DNA from: Prorocentrum cordatum
Taxonomy: Eukaryota
NCBI GenBank assembly: GCA_963575745.1
Contig: CAUYUJ010000080.1
Coordinates: 1-64,000 of the forward strand
Length of the DNA stretch: 64,000 nucleotides
Direction of reading: 5' to 3'
Both the position numbers and the translations under genes were made by a program. Shown piece after piece: positions 38,401 through 49,793 of the stretch. Below the pieces are notes generated by a model. That model worked only from the letters and a program-made list of their open reading frames with translations, did not search any database and was not told the origin of the DNA. Positions within the stretch are counted from its first letter, which is position 1; every line of letters begins with the position of its first letter.

Positions 38401-41400
38401 TCATACTCCCACCCCGCCTCGCCATCCACCTCATCCCGCTTAATCTACTCCTTCTCATCATCACCATCATCATCACCATCACAATCACCATCACCATCAT
38501 CATCATCATCAGCATCATCATCATCACCACCAGCATCACCATCATCACCATCATCACCATCATCATCATCATCGTCATCATCATCATTATCATCATCAGC
38601 ATCAGCATCAACATCATCAGCATCAACATCAACATTAACATCATCATTATCTTCTTCTTTTCTCCATCTTCTACCATCCGTTTTGACAATGCGCGAATTC
38701 TGGGACAGAGCCTGAAGCGTTAGTCTGGAAAAAAGATCGCCGATTGAGGCGGAGCCAGAAATGGACCTGGCTGGCGCAGCCGAGAAGGACATGTGATGAA
38801 CACTAGAAAAGAAGAGGGACCTCAGAGGCACACAGCATGCACCATCCAGGCGTTGTGAGAGGAGGAGGAGGAAGTACCGAGGGAGAGGCGCAATACGCGT
38901 GCAACTCTGCAACGATCTAGCATGTCGAAATTCAGTTGCCGGCTAAATGCAGACTACGGCCTGAAGTGGCCTAGTAGCAGCTATCGGGGAGGAGGTCTCT
39001 CCAGGCCCAGCCATTTCCAAACAATCCTCCTCCCCATCACCTCTAAGCCCACTGCCCGTCCCGCACTCTGGTCGGGATGTCACGGTACATCTCGCGTAAA
39101 AAGCTAACAGAGCAGGCGACGTCAAACGCAACACGTAAGCGTGCAGACGTTAGGTGGAACGAGGAAGAACTCACACGAGGGAAGAACAACACCGTTGTTG
39201 CTGAGTGTGGGTGAGGGCTGGCACAGTCTTGAAAGGCCTGCCGGTGCTATGGCTGCAGCCGTCTGGAACAGTGTGGCGGCGCCCTGTTGTCCAGGGGGCT
39301 AGGTGCGCTGCTGGGTTCCTCTCCCTCCCCACCTCGGACAATATCCAACCCCAGTACAGAGTCAGGTTGCATCAAAAGGCGAGGCTCGAAGCTGTTAAAA
39401 GAGGGGTGCGTGATAGGTGGCAAGGCTTGGGCTGCTACCCAAGACTGTTCGGCCCCCCCCCCCTGGACATCCGTGGTCCCAGGACCAGCGCTCGTTGTCA
39501 ACTATGTTCGGGTTGAGCGCGAACCCTTGGTAACAGCCGACAGGGTAACTGTGGAGGTTGGCGCACGGTTGGCTGCCCTGTAATGCGAGCGGTGGCAATT
39601 AGTTGGCAGAGAGCGCGGAAGTAACAACCAGTCAGGAAGAACTGGTGGACAGGATTGCGAAAGGAAACGAGCGCATGATGCTGAAAATCAGATTGGCGGC
39701 TGGCTGGCGGTCGGTTCTGCTATGGGAGGCAAGCTCAATCGGCACTGGCTGCCCTACGGCGTTGAACATTGAGGAATGTGCCCAACACGCTGTGGTCACT
39801 CGGTGAGTGTCGAAGATGGAATGCCTAAGTGCCGAACTGCCGTGGGGTGACCTCCCTGGTGCCCAGGGGGTCCCTAAGTATCCTCTTCCGCCACCGCAAC
39901 CACCTTAGATGCACCACGTCCTTCACCGCAGTAAGGTCAAGGAGAACGTCGAACATGCAACGGCTGAGAGGTGTACAATAGAAGGGCTGGCGCTGACGTT
40001 GCTGGCTGGCTCAGCTGGTTAAGCGCTCGGTGACTGTGAAGCTTAAGCGCCTTGAGGCCATCTCCCTGGCGCCCAGGGGGGGCTGGAATGCCTGCTGCTC
40101 CTCCTCCAACGCTCGCCCAAACCCATACTTCCAACGTGCGTGCTGTAGCAGCTGTGGACAGCGGTTGACAGAGGCAACTTGCACTTGGGCAATCAGCCAA
40201 AAAGCGTACCAATATGCGTGGGAGCGCAGGCAACTGTACGTTAATGGATTGGCGTGAAAAAAGAAGCGGGCGCTTGATACTGAGTACTAGGCGGGCGGCT
40301 GGCCGGCGGTCTGTTCTGCCGTGGGAGGCCAGCCCAGTCGGCACTGGCTGCCCTAGGGCATTAAACAGTGAGTGATCTACGCACACTGCTGCGGTCACTC
40401 GGAGGATGTCGAAGCTGCAATGCCTAAATGCCAAACTGTCGTGGTGTCCCCCCCCTGGAACCCAGGGGATCCCAACGTATCCTCTTCCGCCTCCACCTCC
40501 GCCTCTCATAATTCCCTCGCCGCCCGACAGAACCCATCCCCACTGTAGAGTCAGGTTGCAACGGGGGCGCGTCTGTCCTCCTCTTCGTCCTCCTCCTCCT
40601 CCTCTTCGTCCTCTTCGTCCTCCTCCTCATCATCCTCCTCTTCCTCCTCCTCCTCCTCTTATTACGTTTCTTGTTGTATGATGATAAGTAGTAGGTTCTT
40701 CTTATTTGATTAAACTAGCAATCATTGTTATGTTTCGTCTTCGTCTTATTATTAATATTCCTCCTCTTCTTCCTCTTCCTCCTCCTCCTCCTCCTCCTCC
40801 TCCTCGTCCTCATCCTCCTCCTCCTCCTCTCCTCCTCTCCCCCCCCCCCATCCACCCCTCCTCCTCCTCCTCCTTCTCCTCCTCCTCCTCCTCTTCGTCC
40901 TGCTCCTCCACCTCCTCCTCTTCGTCGTCCTCCTCCTCTTCCTCCTTCTCCTCCCTCCCCCCCCCGCCCCCTCTTCCTCCTCCTCCTTCTCCTCCGTCTG
41001 CTCCTCCTCCTCCTCCTCTTACTCATCCTCCTTCGCCTCTTCCTCTCCCTCCACCCGTGACGGGAAGGGAGGGAGGAAGGACAGTGCAAGGGGCGGAGGG
41101 GAAGATGGAAGGTGCGGTGGAGGGGGGGCTGGAGGGGAACCGGGGAGAAAAACGCATCAGGGGGAGCGAGGAGGCCGCAAAATGAAGAGCTGATACGAGC
41201 GCGACACAGCACTCCCTCAATATGCAGCAATGTGTGAACACCCAGCGCTCCCCAGAATGTACAGGTGCTGCGCCATCAGAAGACATCAGAGCAAACTCTT
41301 CGTGCGCGCAAACACGTGCAACAGATGCGGATATTGGATATTCAATACATCAAACGATGCAACCAACAATGACCTTAACAATCACATGGCAACCTGTCGG

Positions 41401-41461
41401 AATGGAACTGCGCGACACGACACCTAAAGAACGCCTCCTCCCATTACTTAATCTGCTGGGC

Positions 41462-41518
41462 CTTTGGGAAAGACCGGTAGAACGACTGCGCGATGCTCTC
41501 GAACGGCTTACTGGCCTC
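41462..41518 (-). CDS. CNOT11: CNOT11 homolog, coding exon 2: EASKPFESIAQSFYRSFPK
   Basis: tacag| acceptor; 57 nt, phase 0/0; AAG|gc donor; matches the CNOT11 'FExxxxxFxxxFxK' segment. Confidence 0.85.
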
Positions 41519-41914
41519 CTGTAGTCAGGCATGGGAAACAAATAATGCCACGGCCGAAATAAAACGATACGAACTGTTGTGCAAATGTCGTCATGGTTGC
41601 GCAACAAAATATCCAAACTCCCCTCAGAGCCAGTATGGAAACACATCAGCACGACTACGAACATGCGTTTCCGAACGAATCATGCCACAGTGATGTATAT
41701 TAGCCAGCGTGGCTTCCAAACTTTGTGTTTCTAGCACTGTATGTTGTGCAATAGAGGTGGAGTTTGTTTTGACATCCACGCCAGCGTCCCCAGAGCCCAG
41801 GAAGCCTGGGCAACAGCGCCTGCAACGGAGGGAGGTTGCAATACATGTGGAGCTGTGACGTGTAATATATGTCGTGCAATCAATGTTGTGCGATTTATGT
41901 TGTTCTCTGAACAA

Positions 41915-43210
41915 AGCTTGCACTTGGGGTATCCAATATCCCTTCTAGCAAACTTGACCTGTCTGCCGCTCTGGCGGCTATGTAGCCGCCGTCGCCACCC
42001 CGTCGCCGCCTCGTCGCCGCCCGCCGTGTGGGCTTGTCTGCGGGTCTGGCGCCTATGTCCGTAGCCGCCGTCGCCGCCCCGTCACCGCCTTGTCGCCACC
42101 CGTCGTCTGGTCTGGGCCTGTCTGCCGGTCTGGCGGCTATGCTGTCGCCGTCGTCACTCAGCCGCCGCCTCGTCGCCAACCGCTGTCTGAGCTTGTCTGC
42201 CGGTCTGGCGCCTATGTGGCCGCCGTCGCCGCCCCGCTGCCGCGGATTGCACAACATAGATTGTACCACATGGATTGCATACCATAACTTTCACAACATG
42301 GATTACATAACACATAGTTTGTAGAACACATCGGCTGCACAAACGATAGGTTGCAACACAAGTATTGCACCGCGTAGATTGCGCAAGTATATAGATTGCA
42401 GCACCTACATTGCATCCAACGTGGATTGCACAAACAGATAGGTTGCAACTCATGGATTGCACCACATCGCTTGCACCAATCATACTGTTCAAAGAATACT
42501 TTGCACATATTGATGGCACCACACAGAACTGGACAATACGAAAGGTTTAAACAACACTGTATCAGTTCACGCTGGCTAACGTTCACTCAATGTTGCTCAA
42601 GCTGCGTTGTGCAATCTATGTGGAGCCATATACGTGATGTGTCGAGAAATATGTGAAGCAATATATATGGTGCAGTCTATGTGGTACACAATGTAGCGTG
42701 CCATGTATGATGTGCAGCCTATGTGCTGCAACCTATGTAGTGCACGATACGTTGTACAAGGCACGTTGTGCAACCTGTGTCGTGCAGTCCATGTGGATCA
42801 ATCTATGTGGCGCCATTTATACTGTGCCAAATATGGTGTGCGATATAGGTGGTGCGAAAAGTTTTTGCCATCTGTGTTTCGTTCGGTCAATGTGGTTCAA
42901 GCGTGGTGCAAACTTTTATGTGCAATCTACGAGTTCCAGTCCATGTTGTGCATGCAACCTATGTTGCGCCGACGAGGGGGCGACAGGGCGGCGCTGGCGA
43001 CAACACAGCCGCCAGACCGACGCACTGGCAAAGACGATGGGCGGCGACAAGGCGGCGACGACGACAACATAGCCGCCAAACCGAAGCACAGGATCAAACA
43101 GTGGCCAGCGACGAAGCAACGACTGGGCGGCGACCGCGACGACATAGCCGCCACACCGACGCACAAGCCCAGTTCCTTAGAAGAGCAGTGAGTACCCCTA
43201 TGTGCAATAA
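41915..43210. mobile_element. ~1.3-kb imperfect foldback palindrome (MITE-like)
   Basis: GC-rich ~70-bp subrepeats at 41950-42240 are inverted at 42965-43175. GATTGCACAACATA repeats (42245-42520) are inverted as TATGTTGTGCAATC-like repeats (42600-42965). Ends are TTGCAC..GGGGTA and TACCCC..GTGCAA. Confidence 0.75.
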
Positions 43211-43929
43211 CTGCTTGCAAAACAAATGAGAATTAAACGGTCTACACATTCACAACAAACCCTGGACCCAAGACGGGCCACCAACCCGCACAGTCGTACC
43301 GGGTCTCTGCGCAAAACTGGCAACCCCACCGAGGTAAAAAGAGAAGAAGTATAAGCATAAGTAGTAGCAGTAGCAGTAGCTGTAGCAGTAATCCTAAGAG
43401 AGAGCGCGCCCGCAGGGCCCGAGCAAAGGGGAGGGGGGGCTAGGCTTAAGCTACCCCCCACTCCCTTGAGCCGCCCTTGTTGGAAGCACCCCCCCCTCCC
43501 CCCCTTTTTTTGGCAAGGGGGGGGGGGGGCTTACAGCTACCCCCCCCCCTCCCCCCTTGGGCCCTCCCCGGAAGCTACCCCCCTCCCCCCCTTTCCAAGG
43601 GGGGGGTGCTTACGCTACCCCCCCCCCTCCCTTGGCGCTGCCCTGCTGGAAGCAAAGGGGGGGGGGTGCTTGGAAGCTACCCACCTCCCCCCCCCCTTGT
43701 GGCCGCCCCGGAAGCTACCCCCCTCCTACCCCCCTTTCCAAAGGGGGGGGGTGCTTAAGCTACCCCCCCCCCTCCCTTGGGAGCCGCCCTGCTGGAAGCT
43801 CCCCCCCCCTCCCCCCCTTTGTGCCAAAGGGGGGGGGGGCTTGGAAGCCCCCCCCCCTTGCCCCCTTTGGCCGCCCAGCCCCCGGAGCCTCCGCCCTCCC
43901 TTTCGCCGACGATCCAAAATGAACAATCC

Positions 43930-44245
43930 ACGATCGAGGATGGACGATCGACGATCAACGATCGACGATCGAAAATCCCAATCGAATCGCTTGCAATCGA
44001 TTGCACTCCATTCCACTGCAATCCCCCTCCCCACCTCCCTCCGCTCCCTCCCCTCCCTCCACACCCTTCGTTCCATCTCCTCCCTCCCCTCCCTCTCCTC
44101 CCCTCCCTCCCTTCCGTCCTGTCCCTCCCCTGCAATCCAATCGATTGAATCGATTGCAATTCAACCGATTGCAATCCAATCGATTGCAATCCAATGGATT
44201 GCAATCGAATCGTTTGCAATCCAATGGATTGCAATCGATTGCAAC
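43930..44245. repeat. ATCGATTGCAATC-type palindromic minisatellite (~15-bp unit)
   Basis: Repeated TTGCAATCCAATCGA variants at 44130-44245, with related ATCGA repeats at 43930-44005. Confidence 0.8.
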
Positions 44246-44476
44246 GCACGTGTATCATTCAACTCGTCCCGTGCCAACGCCCGGGAACGAAAAAATACCC
44301 TGGCGACGTACCCAACCCCTGCGCAAACGCGGGGCGCAAATAGTTTAGGACACTTTATAAGGGGGGCGATGACGGAGCGAAAATTACATATGTCTGCAAA
44401 CGGAATTCGGGAGACTCGCAGGAAACTGGCTTCAGGACAAGGACTCGATAAAGCCACTTCGAAAGCGGGGATCTCA

Positions 44477-45493
44477 GATCGCAGCCCCCCAGGGATGGCG
44501 AGGTCTAATTTGGGTCCGCGCGTGGCGTCACTGTGCTGGGCCCCCCAGCAGGCCTCGAAAGTGGCGACAGTTTCACAGATCGCAGCCCCCCAGGGATGGC
44601 GAGGTCTAATTTGGGTCCGCGCGTGGCGTCACTGTGCTGGGCCCCCCAGCAGGCCTCGAAAGTGGCGACAGTTTCACAGATCGCAGCCCCCCAGGGATGG
44701 CGAGGTCTAATTTGAATCCCCGTGGCGTCACTGTGCTGGGCCCCCCAGCAGGCCTCGAAAGTGGCGACAGTTTCACAGATCGCAGCCCCCCAGGGATGGC
44801 GAGGTCTAATCTGAATCCCCGTGGCGTCACTCCGCTGGGCCCCCCAGCAGGCCTCGAAAGTGGCGACAGTTTCACAGATCGCAGCCCCCCAGGGATGGCG
44901 AGGTCTAATTTGAATCCGCCGTGGCGTCACTGTGCTGGGCCCCCCAGCAGGCCTCGAAAGTGGCGACAGTTTCACAGATCGCAGCCCCCCAGGGATGGCG
45001 AGGTCTAATTTGAGTCCGCCGTGGGTCACTGTGCTGGGCCCCCCCCCCAGCAGGCCTCGAAAGTGGCGACAGTTTCACAGATCGCAGCCCCCCAGGGATG
45101 GCGAGTCTAATTTGGGTCCGCCGGGCGTCACTGTGCGGGCCCCCAGCAGGCCTCGAAAGTGGCGACAGTTTCACAGATCGCAGCCCCCCTGGGATGGCGA
45201 GGTCTAATTTGGGTCCGCCCGTGGCGTCACTGTGCTGGGCCCCCCAGCAGGCCTCGAAAGTGGCGACAGTTTCACAGATCGCAGCCCCCCAGGGATGGCG
45301 AGGTCTAATTTGGGTCCGCGCGTGGCGTCACTGTGCTGGGCCCCCCAGCAGGCCTCGAAAGTGGCGACAGTTTCACAGATCGCAGCCCCCCAGGGATGGC
45401 GAGGTCTAATTTGGGTCCGCCCGTGGCGTCACTGTGCTGGGCCCCCCAGCAAGCCTCGAAAGTGGCGACAGTTTCACAGATCGCAGCCCCCCG
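44477..45493. repeat. Tandem array of ~10 x ~101-bp near-identical units
   Basis: GATCGCAGCCCCCCAGGGATGGCGAGGTCTAATTTGGGTCCGCGCGTGGCGTCACTGTGCTGGGCCCCCCAGCAGGCCTCGAAAGTGGCGACAGTTTCACA recurs every 97-103 nt. Confidence 0.97.
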
Positions 45494-45997
45494 CAAGCAA
45501 GACAGGAGGAGGCAAGAGGGAGACGGGACGGGAAGGAGGAAGTGGAGACCACACTGCCCTATTCAAAACGAATACCCAACCAAGGAGGGTTGGGAAAAAT
45601 ACTATCCCCCCCGAAAGTTGCACGAAGTGTAATTCGGAAGACGCCAGCCCGTCGGGTTTGGCAGTGTTCGTGTAAGACGGCGGCCAGCTGGGGGAGGAGG
45701 AGGCGGAGGATGGGGGAGGCGGAGGGGGAGGAGGAGGGGGAGGAGGAGGAGGAGGAGGAGGAGGAGGAGGAGGAGGACGGACCCAGATAGAAGAGCGCGC
45801 CGAGTTCGGGTGACGGTCGTGGTGGGGCGGTGGGAAAAGAATTGGAGGAGGAGGAGGAGGAGGAGGAGGAGGAGGAGGAGGAGGGAGGAGGAGGGAGAGG
45901 AGGAGGCGGAGGAGGAGGAGGAGGAGGAGGAGGAGGAGGAGGATGGGGACACGGAGGAGGAGGAGGATCAGGAGGGAGGAGGAGGAGGAAGAGGATG

Positions 45998-46043
<46 letters not shown>

Positions 46044-46149
46044 GGAGAGGAGCGAGGAGGAGGAGGAGGAGGAGGAGGGAAAATGGAAGAAGAGGAGAAA
46101 ACCGAGGAGGAGGAGGAGGAACGGAACGGAAGGACCCGCGGGGGAGTAC

Positions 46150-46238
<89 letters not shown>

Positions 46239-46819
46239 CGATGATGACTATGAGGAGGATGAGGAGGACGAGGAAGAGGAGGAGGCAAAAGGAAGAAGAG
46301 GAGGAGGGAGAGGGGCGGGAATAAATGGAGGCGAAAGGGAGGGCGATGGCTCCGGGAGCTGGGCGGCCAAAGGGGGGAAGGGAGGGGGGGGCTTCAAGCC
46401 CCCCCTTTTGCACCAAGGGAGGGAGGGGGGGGGGCTTCCAAAGCCCCCCCCTTTCAAAGCGGGGGTGTGGCTCACCCCAGCTCCATTAAAAGGAGGGAGG
46501 GGGGGGGGTAGCTTGGAAGCCCCCTCCCCCCTTTCCGGCCAGGAAAAGGGAGGGGGGGGGGGTAGCTTCCGAAGCCCCCGCCCTTTCAAAGGGGGGGGGG
46601 TGGCTCACCCCGGCTCAACTAGAGGGAGGGAGGGGGGGGTAGCTTGGAAGCCCCCCCCCCCTTTCCGAACCACGAAAAGGGGGGGAGGGGGGGGGGCTTC
46701 CGAAGCCCCCCCCCCTTTAGCAAGGAAGGGGGGAGGGGGGTAGCTTCAAGCTGGGCCCCCCCTTTTAGTCTATCGGGCCCCAGGGCGCGCGCTCTATCAA
46801 TCCTAATAAGAAGTAAGTT

Positions 46820-46884
46820 AGTGGTAGTAGTGGTAGTGGTAGTGGTAGTGGTAGTGGTAGTGGTAGTGGTAGTGGTAGTGGTAC

Positions 46885-46941
<57 letters not shown>

Positions 46942-47257
46942 CAGTAGTAGTAGTAGTAGTAATAGTAGTAGTAGTAGTAGTACCAGTAGTAGTACGAGTA
47001 ATAAGAATAACAATAGTAGGTCTCGTCGTAGTCATACAAATCGAAATATTACTATGAATGGAAGTAGTGGCAGTAGTAGTAGTAATGGTAGTAGTCGTAG
47101 TGATAGAAATAATAGTAGCAGAGCAGTAGGAGCCGTGATAGCAACAGTAGTAGTAGTCGTCGTATCTGCTGTACTACGTGGGAATGATAGTAGTATTAGC
47201 AATGTTAGTTGTCGTAGTAGTAGTTGTAGTCGTAATCAGTAGTAGTAATAGTAGTAA

Positions 47258-47299
<42 letters not shown>

Positions 47300-47317
47300 C
47301 GGTTGTAGTAAGAATAG

Positions 47318-47354
<37 letters not shown>

Positions 47355-47409
47355 GGTAGTGGTAGTGGTAGTGGTAGTGGTAGTGGTAGTGGTAGTGGTA
47401 GTGGTAGTG

Positions 47410-47452
<43 letters not shown>

Positions 47453-47468
47453 TAGTCGTAGTAGTAGC

Positions 47469-47509
<41 letters not shown>

Positions 47510-47546
47510 TGGTAGTGGTAGTGGTAGTAGTATTATTATTACCACC

Positions 47547-47579
<33 letters not shown>

Positions 47580-47660
47580 CGTAGTGGTAGTAGTAGTAGT
47601 TAAAAAATAATAGTAGTAGTCGTAATAGTAGTCGTAGTAGTAGTAGTAGTAGTAGTAGTC

Positions 47661-47693
<33 letters not shown>

Positions 47694-47793
47694 ATAGTAG
47701 TAGTAGTAATAATACGAGTAGTGCAAAACAAAGTAAAAGCAGTAGTAATAGGAGTCGTAGTAGTAGTAGTAGTAGTAGTAGAAGTAGTAGTAT

Positions 47794-47826
<33 letters not shown>

Positions 47827-47835
47827 GTAGTCGTT

Positions 47836-47893
<58 letters not shown>

Positions 47894-47958
47894 TAGTAGT
47901 AGTAGTAGTAGTAGTCGTAGTAGTAATAGTAGTTGTAGTAGTAGTAGTAGTGGTAGTG

Positions 47959-48019
<61 letters not shown>

Positions 48020-48055
48020 CAGTAGTAGTCGTAGTAATTACAATAGTAGTAAAAT
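46820..48055. repeat. (GTA)n/(GTAGTG)n microsatellite, ~1.2 kb
   Basis: Directly visible. Confidence 0.97.
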
Positions 48056-49748
48056 AGTATGCTGGACTGTAGCAAATCGAATATGCTGTCCCAAAAGACG
48101 GTGTTCCTACCATCCGCCCATCCAGATCGTATCATTCCTTCGCCCCTCCGCTGCCTCGTAAGGAGGAAGGAGAGGATGGCGAGGAGGAGGAGGAGGAGGA
48201 GCAGCAGCAGCATGGAATGAGGGTGAGGAGAAGCAGCAGGAGCATGAGGAGAGGCACGAGAAGGACCATCAGAACCCTCTACACCTCCGCGGACCACCTC
48301 AACCACAAAGACCCGAAGATGCCCGGAGGAGGCTTCAATATTGCCCGAGAAGGACCAAGAAGGGTCCGATCAAGACGCCACACGCTCTAAATTCCCCTTA
48401 AGAGAATCCACAACCATCTTCGACTCGACTGCCTTCATACCGCGAAACCATCGAAACAAACCCATCAAAACAAAGTTACGGAACAACCGTATAAAGTGTT
48501 CACGCTTCCAGCTCTGTAAATCGGACACCTCGTCGAGCGCTCCGCCTGGGACGCGGGTATTCGGCACTTCGATCACGTTTTCGGTTGCCTTGAGTTGGGC
48601 GGCGTGGCTGAATCGTTCCTCGAAGCGGATATTCTTGTCCAGTCCGATACCTACGAGTTGATGAATGCAACGCTGGTCAAAGATGGCGGGAGCGGCCCTA
48701 TATCTCGCATGTGCGCTATCCAGGTGTTGATATCCTTGATGTTGGTAACTTGCTCTCTTTTGTTAAGCCCACTGATGTGAAAGTGACCTCAGTGGTAGTT
48801 GAGATGGTCGCTGTCGAAGTTGACAATCTGGGGTTGTCGTTCTTAGGACGGCGTTTCATTGCCAGCGTACTAAAATTATGACACAATCATGGTGCACGTC
48901 TAGGCAAAAATCAATGGCATCGACCAGCCTAGCACTCGTGATGTTAACGACCAGAAGCGGCGAACGACAACATGTGATATAATGTTTAACTAATGCTGGC
49001 AACGCTGGGACCGCATGCCCAGATTGAGTCGCCTGGAGAGTACACGTTGATCTCATGTCAACGCTCCGTACCTACCCGATTGAATTAGCTGCGGGCCTGG
49101 TGCAGCTGCTGATTGATGTGGAATCGCTGAGGCCTGTTGGTTCTCTCTGCTTCGAGCTCAACAAAAAACATTGGCGAGATGTGTTCATGTCTCGATTCTC
49201 CGACGCCGTCCCGCTGCGTCGTCTGCCCCCTCCGTTTCTCGGACCTCACTCCCCATTGCCTTCTCCACCTCTCGCAGAAGTGGCGAAACTAAATACCACC
49301 GCGCTGCAGAGTCAAAGGGGATGGTGCTGCGAGTTAGACAACGCTCCGTGTCTCGAACAAGACAACGGAGCAGCAACCGAACGATGATTGACGCATTTGG
49401 CGGTCGCCTCGGTACCCTCATGGGACAGCGAATCTTTTCGACAATTGATCTTTCGCAGGAGGGGGGGGGAGAGGAGGAGGGGCGGGATGGTGGAAGGGGT
49501 GGGACAGGTAAGGTGGTCACCACCAATGTGCTCCACAAAATATCGTCACGCTGCATGTGACTTCTATGTCCCGCCTGCCCATCAAGCACCTCGTCAGAAA
49601 TACGGATCCTAAACAAAAAAACGCTGCGCACGACGACAGCAACAGCGTCGACGTCTTTGTCCTCACCGGCCTCATCTTCAGACCGTGAAGCAGTATCCAA
49701 CTGCTGATGCTATCCGCGAAGCCTATCCCCTGCGCGGCCGCGCGGTGC

Positions 49749-49793
49749 CTTGAGCAGGTGCATGAGCGTGTCGAGCTCCTGGGGCGACAGCAT
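49749..49793 (-). CDS. CNOT11: CNOT11 (CCR4-NOT subunit 11) homolog, coding exon 1: MLSPQELDTLMHLLK
   Basis: ATG at 49793-49791; 45 nt; GC3-rich codons; ends AAG|gc (GC donor, phase 0); joins in frame to exon 2. Resembles the 'LSPxELxxLLxIL' start of the CNOT11 conserved N-terminal domain (family recognised from memory, not by search). Confidence 0.85.

Larger units (their letters stand above)
43398..46798. mobile_element. Non-autonomous DNA transposon / foldback-like element, 3401 bp, ~470-510-bp modular TIRs, 8-bp TSD AATCCTAA
   Basis: Left end GAGAGAGCGCGC versus reverse complement of right end GATAGAGCGCGC. Arms 43398-43907 and 46330-46798 are inverted copies built of GAAGCTAC-poly(C)/poly(G) modules. 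AATCCTAA at 43390-43397 and 46799-46806 directly abuts both ends. The element splits a (GTA)n tract. Confidence 0.85.

Noticed and set aside
49610..49690. EDKDVDAVAVVVRSVF as CNOT11 exon 2
   Set aside because: 41462-41518 fits much better in motif, phase and splice signals.
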